A DNA stretch of 64,000 bases, from NCBI GenBank assembly GCA_951406725.2, contig OX597832.1, positions 13,206,001-13,270,000 on the forward strand, read 5' to 3'. The translations under genes were made by a program, and so were the position numbers. Below, one piece after another: positions 29,794 to 44,097 of this stretch. A model generated the notes under the pieces. That model had not been told where the DNA came from. It did no database searches and was given only the letters and a program-made list of their open reading frames with translations. Source of the DNA: Octopus vulgaris (Eukaryota). The stretch's first letter is position 1. The number at the start of each line of letters is the position of its first letter.

Positions 29794-30378
29794 CACCGTG
29801 ATCACCGTGACCGACCAGGCTATCAGATGTTGTTACATATCGCTGGTCACAATGCGCTTCGCATTGTTTTGGCTTTCATATGACGCCACTCCGCTGGCTA
29901 AGCGAGCAGGCCAACAGAAGAAAGAGTGAGAGAAATTTGTGGACCTTTAGGTGTTTTCGCTCAATAAACACTCACAACACCCGGCCTGGGAATCGAAACC
30001 GCGATTCTACGACCGCGAGTCCGCTGACCTAACCACTGGGCCATTGCACCTATAATATCTAATATGTATATACATACATTGTGAAGGCGCATGGATCAGT
30101 GGTTATAGTGTCAAACTTACGATCATGAGGTTGTGATTTCGAATCCCAGACCGAGGTGGGTGTTGTGTTCTTGAGCAAGACTCATTATTTCACGTTACTC
30201 AAGTTCACTCATCTGTAGAAATGAGTTGCGACATCACTGATGCCAAGCTGTATCGGCCCCTTTGTCTTTCCCTTGGATAACACTGCTGGACTTCTATAAA
30301 CAACCTTACCCGGACTTGTGCCGGCGAGGGAAACTTTTTAGGTGCAATCCCATGGTCAGTCATGACCGAAAGGGGTCT
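29335..30378. mobile_element. Cluster of three family C-related SINEs (+ 29335-29586; - 29790-30050; + 30083-30378)
   Basis: Related tRNA-like heads (gtggttag..tcgattccc/tcgaatccc) joined to different tails. Confidence 0.8.
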
Positions 30379-30667
30379 CAGCATATACATACATAGTGTA
30401 CTTATGAGCATAGATATAAGCGAATATATATCCATGTATGTGTCATTCAATCTACTTTTGTGAATCAACATCATGCTATTTGTCCAATGTAATCCAGATT
30501 GTGTTGACATATGCTAAAACTATAGAATGTTGACTTTCGTGACTGTCTTTGAATATCATTGTTGTGTCCTCCATTTTACAATACTGTTTGCTGCCAAGCG
30601 CTTGCTAGCACAAGTCAGTAAAACAATTACTGTGATATACACACGGTAACAGAGGTATAGTTTTATA

Positions 30668-31381
30668 TTACATTAAATATAGAATATTTAGATATAGTTC
30701 AAATGTTTTCGAATTAATAATTCCTCCCAGAATAGGTAAATTCCTCCCAAGATAGATAAATTCCTTAGCAAGGAAACACAAATATCGATCTACAGGGTTA
30801 ATATATTCCCTTTCCCCCAAAATATTTGGTATTGTGCTTGTAATAGAAATCAATATTGAGTCTTTCGATTTTCGTGTAAGAAATAAAAAATGCAATGCAA
30901 ATAGAATCTTGACGAAAATTGCGTTTAAGAAGAAGCCAATGTTATATTTATTTACTGCGTGTTGAATAAAAATCAGTTTTAGATATTATATTAAAGACAG
31001 GCTTTCGTATACCCACATGGAATAAATTTCCAAAATCTATAGAATATAAGAACCTCTCCCTAGATTATTAACACATCAATCCATGGAAAACTTACTTTCA
31101 TTCACCTTACTGCGTTTTCGTTTTAGATTCAAAGCTGTTTTATAATTAGATTCTTCGTTGTTTCTTTATGTGCAAGCGATTTTGTACAAGGGTGAATATA
31201 TTTCTAATAAAATTGAAAGCATCTCAAACCATACTTTTGACTTCGATGCTAAATTGGCACGTAATACTACTTGGATTTCGCTTCTCTTTGGTTCAAGATA
31301 ATTTAGGAAGTAATATTTCCTGTTACTTGATAATATAGTTTTGTTGACAAGTGTTTGAATTGATTTCGATTTTATCCATTC
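30668..31381 (-). pseudogene. Decayed intronless ORF, protein kinase-like
   Basis: One frame of ~238 codons with 4 internal stops: NNLGRGSY (LGRGSY at 31063-31046), IFVKILFALHFL (30919-30884), TIPNIL (30835-30818). Confidence 0.45.
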
Positions 31382-32010
31382 TATTTTCCTGGAACATCGT
31401 CACGTTTTACTCCGGAGGTAGTATGATTTGGGGTAATTTTACTGCATTTCATAATGTTAAAAATTCTGATATTGCTTTCTATTGTTCGAACGTTATAGGG
31501 AGGTACAAACATCTGTACTGTAGCTCAGCAGTGTTCTATTCGCGGCCAGACCAAAGAGAAATTTTAGCAATTTTCTTCTTCATACAAACGATCAAAATAT
31601 ATATAGAAACGCAAAATCTGTTACAGGTACATATATAAACTCAACTACACGTTTACACTTAATCACGTACGTATGTGTCTGATTGCTAGGGCCACCTGCG
31701 TGCTTTTCTGTCTCTGTCTCTTTGTCTGTATGTCTGTCTATTTCTCACTTACTCTCCCCCTCACTCTATACGTATATTTCAATATGCATACATTCCTACA
31801 GACAGACAAACACACACACATACACACACATACACACACATATATATATATACTTCAATTATATATAAATAAACATATGTATATGAATATAGATATATAT
31901 ACAAAAAATGCAAAATATATGTAAATATATATACAAATCTATAGGTATACGCATGCATGCTTATCAAGAAACACATATGCCTCTATGTTTCTGAAATCTG
32001 TATGTATGGT

Positions 32011-32075
<65 letters not shown>

Positions 32076-32353
32076 ATATTATACATATATACATACATAT
32101 ATCCATACATTTATATATATGTATATACATAAATATATATAATTGTAAATTATATAAATAAATGGATAAATATGTATGTATATATATCTATCTACCTATC
32201 TCTATACATATGTCTGTCTGCCTGTCTGTCTGTTTCTTCCCCCCCCTCTTTCTCTATATACATATGTATATATATATACATATATCCATATATTAATATA
32301 TATAAATAGATATATATATAATTAGAAATTATATAAACAAATTAATAAATATG

Positions 32354-32397
<44 letters not shown>

Positions 32398-32885
32398 CAC
32401 ATACACACATATATATTTTCGCAATTTCTAATGGGGTTGTATTGGGAAAGATAATTTCCATTGGTGTCTTTCAAAAGAAATTATTTATACTTTTCATAAC
32501 CGATTTGTAGTTACTATAGTCTCCACAAAAATATCCGTTGTTCTATTTTTATATGCACGATTATAATGAGAAAGTTTATGGACTAAAATACACGATGCAA
32601 TGTTTTTTTTTTCTTTCAGTCTCCGATACTGTATGTAGTAGGATAGATTGTAGTCTTAGAACTCAATTCAGCATAGTTTCAATTACGTGTCCTAATGTCT
32701 TCCATCCAGTGACAACAGTATTTAGTTCATAAAGATGACAACACATTCAGACATGCATATACACGCACCTGTGTGTATGTATGTTTATATGCATGTATTT
32801 ATGCACACGTACATACACACATGGATATAAACATACATATATACATACACACGTATGCATACATATATAGGCTGCGTGGTAAGTA

Positions 32886-33068
32886 CAGGCGTAGGAGTGG
32901 CTGTGTGGTAAGTAGCTTGCTTACCAACCATATGGTTCCGGATTCAGTCCCACAGCGTGGCACCTTGGGCAAATGCAATCTACTATGAAAGCCTTGTGAG
33001 TGGATTTGGTAGACGGAAACTGAAAGAAGCCCATTGTATATATGTATATATATATATATATATATATC

Positions 33069-33126
<58 letters not shown>

Positions 33127-33331
33127 CTTGTGTGTCAGTGTTTGTCCCCCAAGCATCGTCTGACAGCCGATGCTGGTGTCTTTAAGTCCCAGTAACTTAG
33201 CGGTTCGGCAAATGAAGCCGATAGAATAAGTACTAGGATAAAAAAGAGAATAGACCCTGGGGTCGATATGGTCGACTAAAGGCGGTGCTCCAGCATAGCC
33301 GCAGTCAAATGAATGAAACAAGTAAAAGAGT
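32886..33331 (+). mobile_element. Family A SINE
   Basis: aggcgtaggagtggctgtgtggtaagtagcttgc head through gaaacaagtaaaagagt tail. Confidence 0.92.
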
Positions 33332-33499
33332 ATACATGCATATATGCATGCATACACATATACATGCTGCATATATGCATATATGTGTGTGTATGTATGT
33401 ATGCACACACACACACACATATATATTAGATTATGTTTATGGTGTTTCGCACGGGGTTAATTTGTAGGACATACATACATACATACATATATTCATATA

Positions 33500-33663
33500 T
33501 ACGACGGGCTTCTTTTGTGTAGACAGTTTCTGTCTACCAAATCTAGTAATAAGGGTTTGGTGGGCCCGAGGCTATAGTAGAAGACACTTGCCCAATGTGC
33601 CACGTAGTGGGACTGAACCCGGAACCATGTGGTTGGGAAGCAAGCTACTTACCACACAGCCAC
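33500..33663 (-). mobile_element. Family A SINE 5' half
   Basis: Reverse-complement match to the family A head. Confidence 0.85.
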
Positions 33664-34112
33664 TGTGTGGTAAGTAGCTTGCCAGGATTCGAACATGGAA
33701 TCTTCTGATCCGTCGCCAGACGTTTTATTCATTGCATCACAAACTGAAGTTTGTGGTGCAATATATATGTATGTATATGTGTGTGTGTGTATGTGTATGT
33801 GTGTGTGTCCGAGCGCGTCTATGTGTGTGCGTATATGTATATCCCGGGTTCAATTTCACACAGTGCATGGTATACTATGTGTGAGTCTATGTTAGTATGA
33901 GTGTATATACGTGGGCATACACGTGTGTGTGTCTTTTTGTCTGTGTGTGTTCCCCTCCCCGATCGACAACCGGTGCTACTGTGTTTACGTCTCCGTAACC
34001 CAGCGGTCCGGCAAAAGAGCAACAAATAAGACCTGGGGTTGATTTGTTCGTCTAAAACCCTCCAAGGCTGGAGCTCCAACACGGCAGCCGTCAAATGAGT
34101 GCAACAAGTTTA

Positions 34113-34162
<50 letters not shown>

Positions 34163-34422
34163 AAATTTAAAGGACTGACCACTAAAAGTGGACAGTCAAT
34201 ATGCTAGATATAGACGTCAAAATCGCTATTTTCCACGAAGAATGTGTTCTCAAGAAAAGACACAGATGGGAAACAGGACAAACAACAGAAAGAACGACCT
34301 TTCATATATATATATATATATATATATGAACGGTCGTTCGAACAAATAGTTCATATTCTATATACTCCTAGTTCGTATTTTGTCCCCTTTGTGTTCAGCT
34401 TTTTGTGGCCAGTAAAGAAACA

Positions 34423-34514
<92 letters not shown>

Positions 34515-36091
34515 AGGAACTAGAAATATATGCCATTGTATATATATTTAGGAACCGAATGATGTTAATCTTAAAGTCAGCTGAGACTGCTGTGACCTCA
34601 AGCTAAACGCGAGCACAATTTTTCAATAATACTTTTGAACACTGTATAATTTCGTTGTTTCAAGGTGAATATTATTAAGACATTGAACGCCTTATTACTT
34701 AGTTTGCAGTATAAATCGGCGTGAGCTTTAACGATGGTCACATTTCGGGAGAGTTAATAAATTCATTTATCTTTATGCATTTTTTGAAAAAAATAATAAT
34801 AAAAATTATAAAAGTTACAATTTGAAAGTGATTTTTTTTCTCCAGTTATTGTTTATTGGAGAACAATCTCCTGTCAACGAACTGATTGGAAAATACCGCG
34901 GAGAATTAGAGACTCAAAAATCCATATCGCGTTTGGAAATATTTAAGATTGTTTTGCATTATATATGAATGTGTAGGGTGCGTAAAGCCTGATGTAGACA
35001 CTTAAAGTCTAACGTAGAATTAGAGAACACTGTTATGAAAATGGAAATAACGCCGCAAGCATAAACATGTCAGAGAATTTAATGTACCTCCGATAAATCA
35101 GTACACAAGTGGTTAGAACTGAAAAACAAGAGGAAAAAAATCATTTTGGTGTGATATAATAAAATGCACTGTAAACAAGAAATAGAAAGACTGATTCTGT
35201 TACCTTTACGAATGCTAAGAACAGTGAGGAAGGTACAAAAGAAAATGAGAGCCAAAGTATATATGAAACAGATGGGTGACCTTCTAGATGGTTTCTCAGC
35301 CTGCTAGAAATAACTAATAAATCCCGTTCAAATTACGCTCCGACGTTGTACAGCACACATATGCTTCAGTTTAATCTTGACATCAGTTGAAATGCATGAT
35401 ATCAAAGGTCTGCTTAGTTAGATCTTTTGTGAGGCTGAGGAATAAAAAGCAATATTGTCTTTACGCTATCTAAGTTGCAAACGGTCAAGTTCGTGTCACC
35501 CTGAATACTAGCTAGCATAGAGTATCATATTTTCAATTGGGATCCTCTACCCGTTTGTTGGGCTAGCTGGACATAATAACTACATAAATCTCCAAATTTC
35601 ACTCTACTGTCTTACTTATAAGAAAAGACAATATAGAGATTTATTCCGAGACAGACGATACCTAAATTACATAGGAAGGAATGACTTCAGCTGAAATATT
35701 TAGCCTATATTTCTGAAACTTATGAAAAAGAGGAAACATCCCGTAATATTTGTCTGGAATAACTTGAAAGGACGAGCTTAAAATTTTACCAAATTGACAC
35801 GTGCAAAATGTACATCGGCATATCTTGCTATGTTATCAAAACTTTCTACACTCTCCAGCTTGTCTTAGAGAATAATCTCTGATAGTGTCATTGTTCTTAT
35901 GGTTCCTATTTCTTTTATCTTGCTTACAGAATGACAGTATATGATAAATATAATATAACACGAATCCGTATGTCATTCTATTGTCTTAACATTATAAGCA
36001 ATAAAACACCTAAAAGAATATAAACATATATGTCAAATAAAGAATATTAGATGACGTCACACGATCATTCAATTTCTACACATTCATATTA

Positions 36092-37990
36092 TCAACCCGA
36101 GGAAACATTTGCATAAGCAGTTATTGATTCTTTGCCTCTCAATTCAAGATGTTGCGAGAGAGACAAACACTTCCTTAAGAAAGCGATAAAACTTAAAAAC
36201 ATCTGAAGAACTAGAACTTTTGAATACAGCATAAGATGAAATGCATATAAATGATTGATTATTGTAATGATATTCTCATTTAAATTCATTAGACATTCAA
36301 GAGCACCACGCTTTAAACATTTTAGAATATACAATGTATGATACTGCATTAAATATATTATATTTAATGCAGAGTGTTTATAATGGCCCTTACCATATCT
36401 AATTATTTTTGAATGATACAGAGACAAGCCAGAATATTAGAGATTCAAGAAGTAGTTCATCTTCGTTCTAAGGTGTAAGATAATTAGCTTTCTCTTGGTT
36501 TGCTAACGAAATTTTGTTTACACGAGATCAACAAATAAATGATTGTGTTTATAATATATTAAACCGTTTAATATGCACAGTTCTAAATATTCTTTTGGCT
36601 TCGCTGAAATTTGCCCTTTTATACACTGTGAATACATAATCGTAAATAAACTATTTGGATCGTTTGGATGACACTTCGTCAGTTTGTTGAACAAGAATGG
36701 AACCTGAGATTGATCGTTTTGTATTATTTCTGTCTGGCTTTTCTCGTCTCCGGAGTTCGATATTTCGTATCTTCACATCAATGAGTTTTCCAAGACCATG
36801 TCATTTATTCACTTTTATATATGTTTTAATAATAAACCATGGATAACTCTGTTATAATCTATAAAGAGATCAATCAAACTGTTCTTGAGCTTTTCATTCT
36901 GATAACCACTTCTCCATTTAAGTGTAATTTAACAGGTTGTGAAGAGATATCTTTCCAAGAGAGAGAGCAAGGAATGTTATTTAATAAGTTGTTGCTCAAT
37001 ATCAAAAGACGAAATAGCCAATAATGTCTCATTAGTGTGAAATTCTTCAAACGTTCAGAATAAAATTATTGGGTATATGTTACTCTGAAAATACTTTGGA
37101 ATCTGCTTGTCTTTTACATACTAGATATTCAATAACATACTTTGTGTATACCGTTTCAAGCCATATAGAGTTATTTTTCTCAGGTGAACTATCAATGATA
37201 TTTAACATTTTTCTAGTTTTATTATATCTACTGTTAGGATATAAATAGCAAAGCTTCAATCCAAATGCAGATGTCAGATTAAAGACATTAAGTGCAGCAT
37301 CCCCAATAAATACAACAAATATCATCAAGTAAACCGTTCATAACTACTCTACATTTAAATGCCTCCGACGATACAGTTGTGGAGGAAAATGCGACTGAAC
37401 ATTACAAAACTGTCAAATAATGCAATCTGTGGGTAATTTTTTCAAGTGCTTGTGACAATATAATGCGATGGGAAATGTCTTCATTGACTCTGCGTCTGAT
37501 TTGGTTTTCAAGAGACATCGATGAGAAATAGACATCATGTGCAATGGATATTCTGTAACTGTGGAACAATCCATTACATCATAAATTTTACATTACTTGT
37601 TATTTGATTAGGGTTTATGATTTGACGTTATGCTATATAACGTTAAACTTTCTATTACATATGAATGCCCTATGTCAAATACATAACTATGCAAAATCAG
37701 CATAAATGGACGTGGAAACCCTGGAAAAGCTCTCTTGTCCGCTAGTAGTTCTGCTGTTAAGCAACGCAGACTCGGTTGTCAGGTTATTACAATTGTACAA
37801 AATGTTGATTGTAAAAAATTACCGAAACTGATAGTAATACTATACTATCTACGGATTGAACCAAATAATTTAGAAATCAGGCAGATAATGCAGGTTAGAT
37901 TAAATTATATAAGACTGTTTAAACAACAGCTGTTTTGTCACGTACTGTGTATTGTGTATATATTAGAAATAGAAACTTCCTCTTCGATTT
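36092..37990 (-). pseudogene. Decayed intronless coding block of one or two unidentified ORFs, including a VVFIGDAAL motif
   Basis: 37990-37080: ~300 codons with 9 internal stops; 37050-36092: ~320 codons with 8 internal stops; far fewer than expected at this AT content. Confidence 0.45.
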
Positions 37991-38019
37991 AGTAATTGAA
38001 GAAAGCACAACATAGAATT

Positions 38020-38900
38020 ACAACAGTCAACCTACAAAAACAAGGTAGTCAGTAACTTTTCTTATCGTAGAGAGAATGGAAACAATATACACATAGCAAG
38101 AATTACGCAAAATCTCTCACAAAGGCAAGAAGCAATATAGAAAATTACAGGGAACTGTATATGGAGAGCCTTTATAAAAACCAACAACAAACACAGAGGC
38201 AGAAAGTGAAGCTATCGGAGACACTCTACGCATTTAATTCGAGGAGGGTGAATTGAAACACGGATTGGGAAAGAACATCAAAATTCAGATTGATTCAGAA
38301 AGATACCAACACATTGATATTCCCCCGTACGAATGGAATGTAGCAGCAGAATAGTTTCGTAAAACGAAAGAACAAAAAGGAGGAGTAGGAGAGTATTCAG
38401 GTGGAACAGGTGGATAATAATAAAGATTAATGGTATTAGGAAATATATGAGTTAAAGAGGCCAGAGTAAGCAGGGAAAATTAAAGAAAGAGAAGAAAGGT
38501 ATATTAGAGAAAATATTTCACGTAAGGAAAAAGAAAATAATTGTAATAACGATCAAAGCACTAAAGCAGAGAGTAAAGGCAAAAGATGACAATGCATTGT
38601 AGAGAAAGAAACAACCAATATAAGTATAACCAAATTTTCCAATCAAGCATCCTGAAGGAACGGAGAGGAATGATAATAGAACACCGAGTGCTGATGAAAG
38701 AAAGCTATTTTGGGGTAAAATTGCAAAACTAAATAATAAAAGTAGGGGAGAAATGTTTTGGCAAGATGGACATGGGGAATTGAAGAAAAAGATTGACAAA
38801 TTTATGCAACATGCAGGTCTACAGTAAAAAATTAGTACAATGTAGTCTCGCAAGTGGTGATCAGATGAAGCTGAGAACGTTCTAGAATCACGAAAAGTTT
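38020..38900 (+). mobile_element. Second decayed R4/Dong-like LINE fragment
   Basis: ALKQRVKAK..QYK.NQIFQ..TPSADERKLFWGKI pre-RT signature. Confidence 0.65.
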
Positions 38901-39200
38901 AGTTGAGTGAAAAAATTAACAGATAGAGAGTTCGAGAAAGGGATGATGCCAAGGGGACAGTTTCCCTCACATTATGTTTTCCATCGCAGTGATTCCATTG
39001 TTGATTTGTAGAAGAGAAATGTGAGGAAGTTATTTGGTGAAAGAATAGCGGATATTTGAATTATTTCGTATTTAAGGATGATTTTGAAAATGTATGCGCC
39101 TCTGGTGAGGTTTACTTTAAATGGAAATGATTCAGAACAAGACTGTACACGAAAACACGTGGTTGCGAAGCGAAATTCTTGACCAAGCACGCATGTCTAC

Positions 39201-39314
<114 letters not shown>

Positions 39315-39359
39315 GTGTCTGTCTGTCGCTCTGTTTGTCTCTCTGCCTGCCTCCTCTTC

Positions 39360-39392
<33 letters not shown>

Positions 39393-40876
39393 TGCGCGCA
39401 AATACAAACATACATGAATATTCTTTTTTGTTGGAATACGCCTGTATCAAAAGATTTAGTAAGACTCCGGATCAGATAGGAATTACGTGATGTATATGTA
39501 AATTTTGCTGTATTCCATTAGCTAGGATAAATCTGCATAAAGAAATATCAACTGAAATCAATACATTGGTCATCAAATCTAAGAATTATTTGTAATGTTG
39601 CATAATACTTTTTACTGCTTACATTGTAAACGGTAACGACACGAACGAATTTATGCATCGAAGAAGCTACATAACACAATGCATTCGCAGCAATCCTCAA
39701 ACATGGATTATTAAGATAAACACAAGAACTAGATGCAGATTAATCAAAATAAAAGTGCATTATTGATTTAAGAATTACATGACTTCGAAATTTCGATGCA
39801 GGAAATTACACTAGTATGTCCTACAAGAATATTCAGAGTATAAAGTTTGGTGCCACAGAATTGGTATTCGAAAATTCAATGAGATTCTTTTGCTTACAAG
39901 ATCATGAATGTAAAATGTAGTTATGTAAAACATCACGCACACACACGTGTGTGTTTATGTATGAGCATATACGTGACATGTATATGCATTTGTGTGTATA
40001 TGCATGTCCGAGTAGTCAATATACTTTCTCAGCAGATTTTGTGGAGATCAGTATGAAGAGAATATATCCTCATTACTTAAAATGGATAACCTCACAGGAT
40101 CATTATGGGGAGCGATCATTTACGGTGTTACTAGAACAGCGTCGAGTTTTAGCCAGAGCTTAGCTTGCGATGATTTGCGCACCTCCTGCCTTCGAGAGTT
40201 TAGCCTATCAGTATATATTAAAGAACAAAGTCATTTCCAGAAAATTACTTCTGCTTGTACAAAATTCTAGAAGGTTCCACTAAGAAGCTCCAAAATTCTT
40301 CTAAGATATTTCATTATAATAAATCTGGCGAACGGTGTAGAGCCCCCTATGACTATTCACACCAATCATAACTTGACTTTTTACTTCTTGCTAAATAACG
40401 ATGCCTAGTTTCGACTAACATAAAACGATCATCCGCAAGTTGGTAGTACTCGCCATCATTTTACGTATTTTATGTATTTACCAAACAGCAGGTTCCGTGT
40501 ACTTCTGATGAGACTCTCAGCCGCTGAATTTGATTATCATCTCGAACAGATATTTATTGCTCAATGTCCGAGATTTCATTACATTTCGTTAAATATATGA
40601 ATATTCTCAACGAGAATCGGGAGTAGATCTCACGACGAAATATATAAAATCACATGGATATTTACACAAGAATGACAGATTTTAAAAAATCACTGTTTAA
40701 CAAACACAATATAGTGTTTTTTTGGCGGGGTGGGCAGCTCTAGGCACAAAGCCCGGGATTGTTAAGTTCTATGTTTCTAGAGTGATAATAGAGTTTATTA
40801 TAAGTAAAATTATTATATTATTTATATCTTAAAAATATTGTTTGAATATTTCTGATTATATTTTAGATATTTCAAT

Positions 40877-40945
40877 CACCTGAAGATTGACTGTAACCAT
40901 AACTCGAATTATTACGAATTGGACAGCCATGAAACGATCGTAGTG
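40877..40945 (+). ncRNA. Minimal type I hammerhead ribozyme
   Basis: cac-CTGAAGA-t-tgactgt..acagcca-t-GAAA-cgatcg-TA-gtg; GUA site and palindromic stem III. Confidence 0.75.
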
Positions 40946-41080
40946 TTTTAATCATTATCTTTTATTAATCTTTTAATACTTTTGATATATTTTAAAAATA
41001 ATATAAATTAATTAATTTTATGTATTGGCTTAAGTTTTTCATTGTTTGATTTGCCTAATAGTGGTTTTAACTCTAATTTA

Positions 41081-41146
<66 letters not shown>

Positions 41147-41237
41147 TACATAGCATGTGCGTACTTACATACATACGTACGTATATACATTACATACATA
41201 CATAATGCATACATACATACATACCTACCTACATACA

Positions 41238-41268
<31 letters not shown>

Positions 41269-41653
41269 GTCGGTAACATATGTTAAATAGAAATATATTA
41301 TATTGATTCCTCCGTCTGCTTGCAATGTAAGACAATCTTACTCCAAACTTGTTTTCACCTCAAATACTCAAATAATTTCTTTTTTAAATAATACATATAA
41401 CTTGCTTTTTTATTACTGTATCCAGTCTAAATAATAACATTTCTTATATACTTAAGTTTCAGTATTTGTTGACTATATTCACAGTTAGTCTATTTTCGAA
41501 TATGCGTTTATATTACCCGAGAGAAGTATCTCAGAAAATTAAGTACTCAAGAATACTTGTAAATATTTATAAAACTATAAGAGATTACTTGAAAAGTTTG
41601 ATAAATTTTCTCATTTCTTCGACTCTATACAGATGCGCGCGCACACTGGGTAT

Positions 41654-41693
<40 letters not shown>

Positions 41694-41831
41694 TTGTATG
41701 TGTGCGTGTATGTTATAATATAAATATAAGTATGTAAATCGCATGTATATGCATATGTGGCTGTTTGTAAAATATATATATATATATATATATACAATAA
41801 ATCGTGCATACATACACAGAAATGCCCACAT

Positions 41832-41918
<87 letters not shown>

Positions 41919-42921
41919 TATACATACACATATATACATACCTATATACATATATATGAATATATATATATATATACACACACACACTAACACATACATA
42001 TATATGTATATCTACGGATGTATGTGTTTATGAATGTGAGTTTGTGTACGCGTATTTGTGTGTTTGTGTGTTTGTGTGTTTGTGTGTTTGTGTGTGTAGG
42101 TGTGTGTGTATATGTGTGTGTGTGTGTGTATGTGTGCGTCTACATGAGAGCTTTCGTACGTATCAATTCATATTCTGCCCTCCTTGAAACAAATATATTT
42201 CATATAAGCAAAACTACTTAGTAATTTCATGAAGATTTTATTTGAGTGTATGTGAAATCTAATTTAACAATTGTAAGATATTATAAGCTCTTCACAATAT
42301 GTATCTTAATCATAAAGACGCGGTTTAGTTTATATAATATGTAAAATAATTTTAATCATCTTTAAACAACTGCATTTATAAAATTATCCTCTGTATAGGA
42401 AAATTAAAGTGTCTATTAAACATAAATGGAATTGATTCTTCTCTTCTTATTATGATACTCATTATGATTCTAATGCAAATACGATCCATGACTGCGAAGG
42501 CACATGTTTACTTGACAAATGGTACACTCTGTATTACACGAACACACATACAGACACACATACACACACACCCACATGTGTATGTGACCACCAGAAGCAG
42601 TAATAATGTGGAAAGGTAATCTGTCTATCCATAGTATGGTGGATGCGATCTTTGAACACCAAATACAATCCAGTTTGGCCTGAAGATATACAGTGCTAAG
42701 AACACAGACGTAGATCCGAGATTCTCGTCAGCAACGTAACTACTCGTGGTCCTTAGGCGATTTCTTCTATTCCTCCTTCTTTGGACTTTTCCATTTCTCC
42801 TTTCCAGCGAAGAGAAATGCTCGAAATATTAATCTCTCTCATTCATTCGAGTTTGAAGCTAAAATATTTCTTGTACACACACTCGTAATCAGTTTCATTA
42901 TATCGTTTGTTTATTTTAAAT

Positions 42922-42967
<46 letters not shown>

Positions 42968-43002
42968 TTATTTTTATTTATGTATGTATGTATATATGTA
43001 TG

Positions 43003-43058
<56 letters not shown>

Positions 43059-44097
43059 TCGACAACAGATTGCATTCCCAGAATACAGAATGGTGTCTTT
43101 TAGTGAGCAAATTCTTAGTGAGTAATCTTTCCATTCTATCAATGTGCTATTGGAACACCAACACAAATTAGATTAAACAAGGAAACATTCTTCATTGAAA
43201 AATATAAGCCTGAACTTAACCATTCTAACATTCTTATACAGAGAAACTCATCTCATTAAATAAGGGAAAAGAAATATAAAGCGATTATCTCCCTTATACC
43301 GGAAGAAATCGCTTATTACCTCCCCCTGTCTGGAACTCTTCTTTGCACTGTATAACGAAGACATGACACGATGTTGGTAAAGACATTTGAGAAATTTGAA
43401 AAGTTAACACGAAACCGGTAATTTCTTCAAAAACTATGTTACTATATGCAAAATTTTATAACATTCTGCTAAACATAACGACTTAAATATATTCTTTAAC
43501 CTTATAAAACAAGCCTTCTGTAGTTTTTTCACTCTTTTCTATTTTCTACGTATATATGTATATATACATATTTACACACGTGGATATATGTATATGCGTA
43601 TATATATATATATATATACACAAAATCACAAAACCAGAAAGGTCGAAAAATGTGTAAGTGTATAAAGTTTCGAGCATAGCTCTTCGTCAAAAAGAGGAGA
43701 AAATAAACGTCCGGAGGAGAAAAAGTAGTCCAAGCACATGCTTTGCATAAACAAGCACGCGAATACACACACAGAGGCACAGACATATACACATACACAC
43801 ACGTTCACACACATACACACACAATCTTATAATCACCAATGACATACACATGAACTCCATCTTGACTACTCTGATCACGAAATCTTAGATGGAGTTTGTT
43901 GCTATGTATTTTATGTATTTTATGCGTTCAGCATCCTTGGATATCTATTTTCTTGTTATTGAGAGTAATTCTCTGTGATTCAACAGCATGTTTGTTCTAG
44001 TCGCAAAAGTTTTTACGGGAATATTGCGTAATAGAGAAAATTTCCATTGTTCCTGTCATTCGATTTACGGTATTGTCCAACACGGTATTGTCCAACA

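Noticed and set aside
34830-34970. Polypyrimidine-CAG acceptor followed by ~40 open codons
   Set aside because: No recognisable protein and no partner exons
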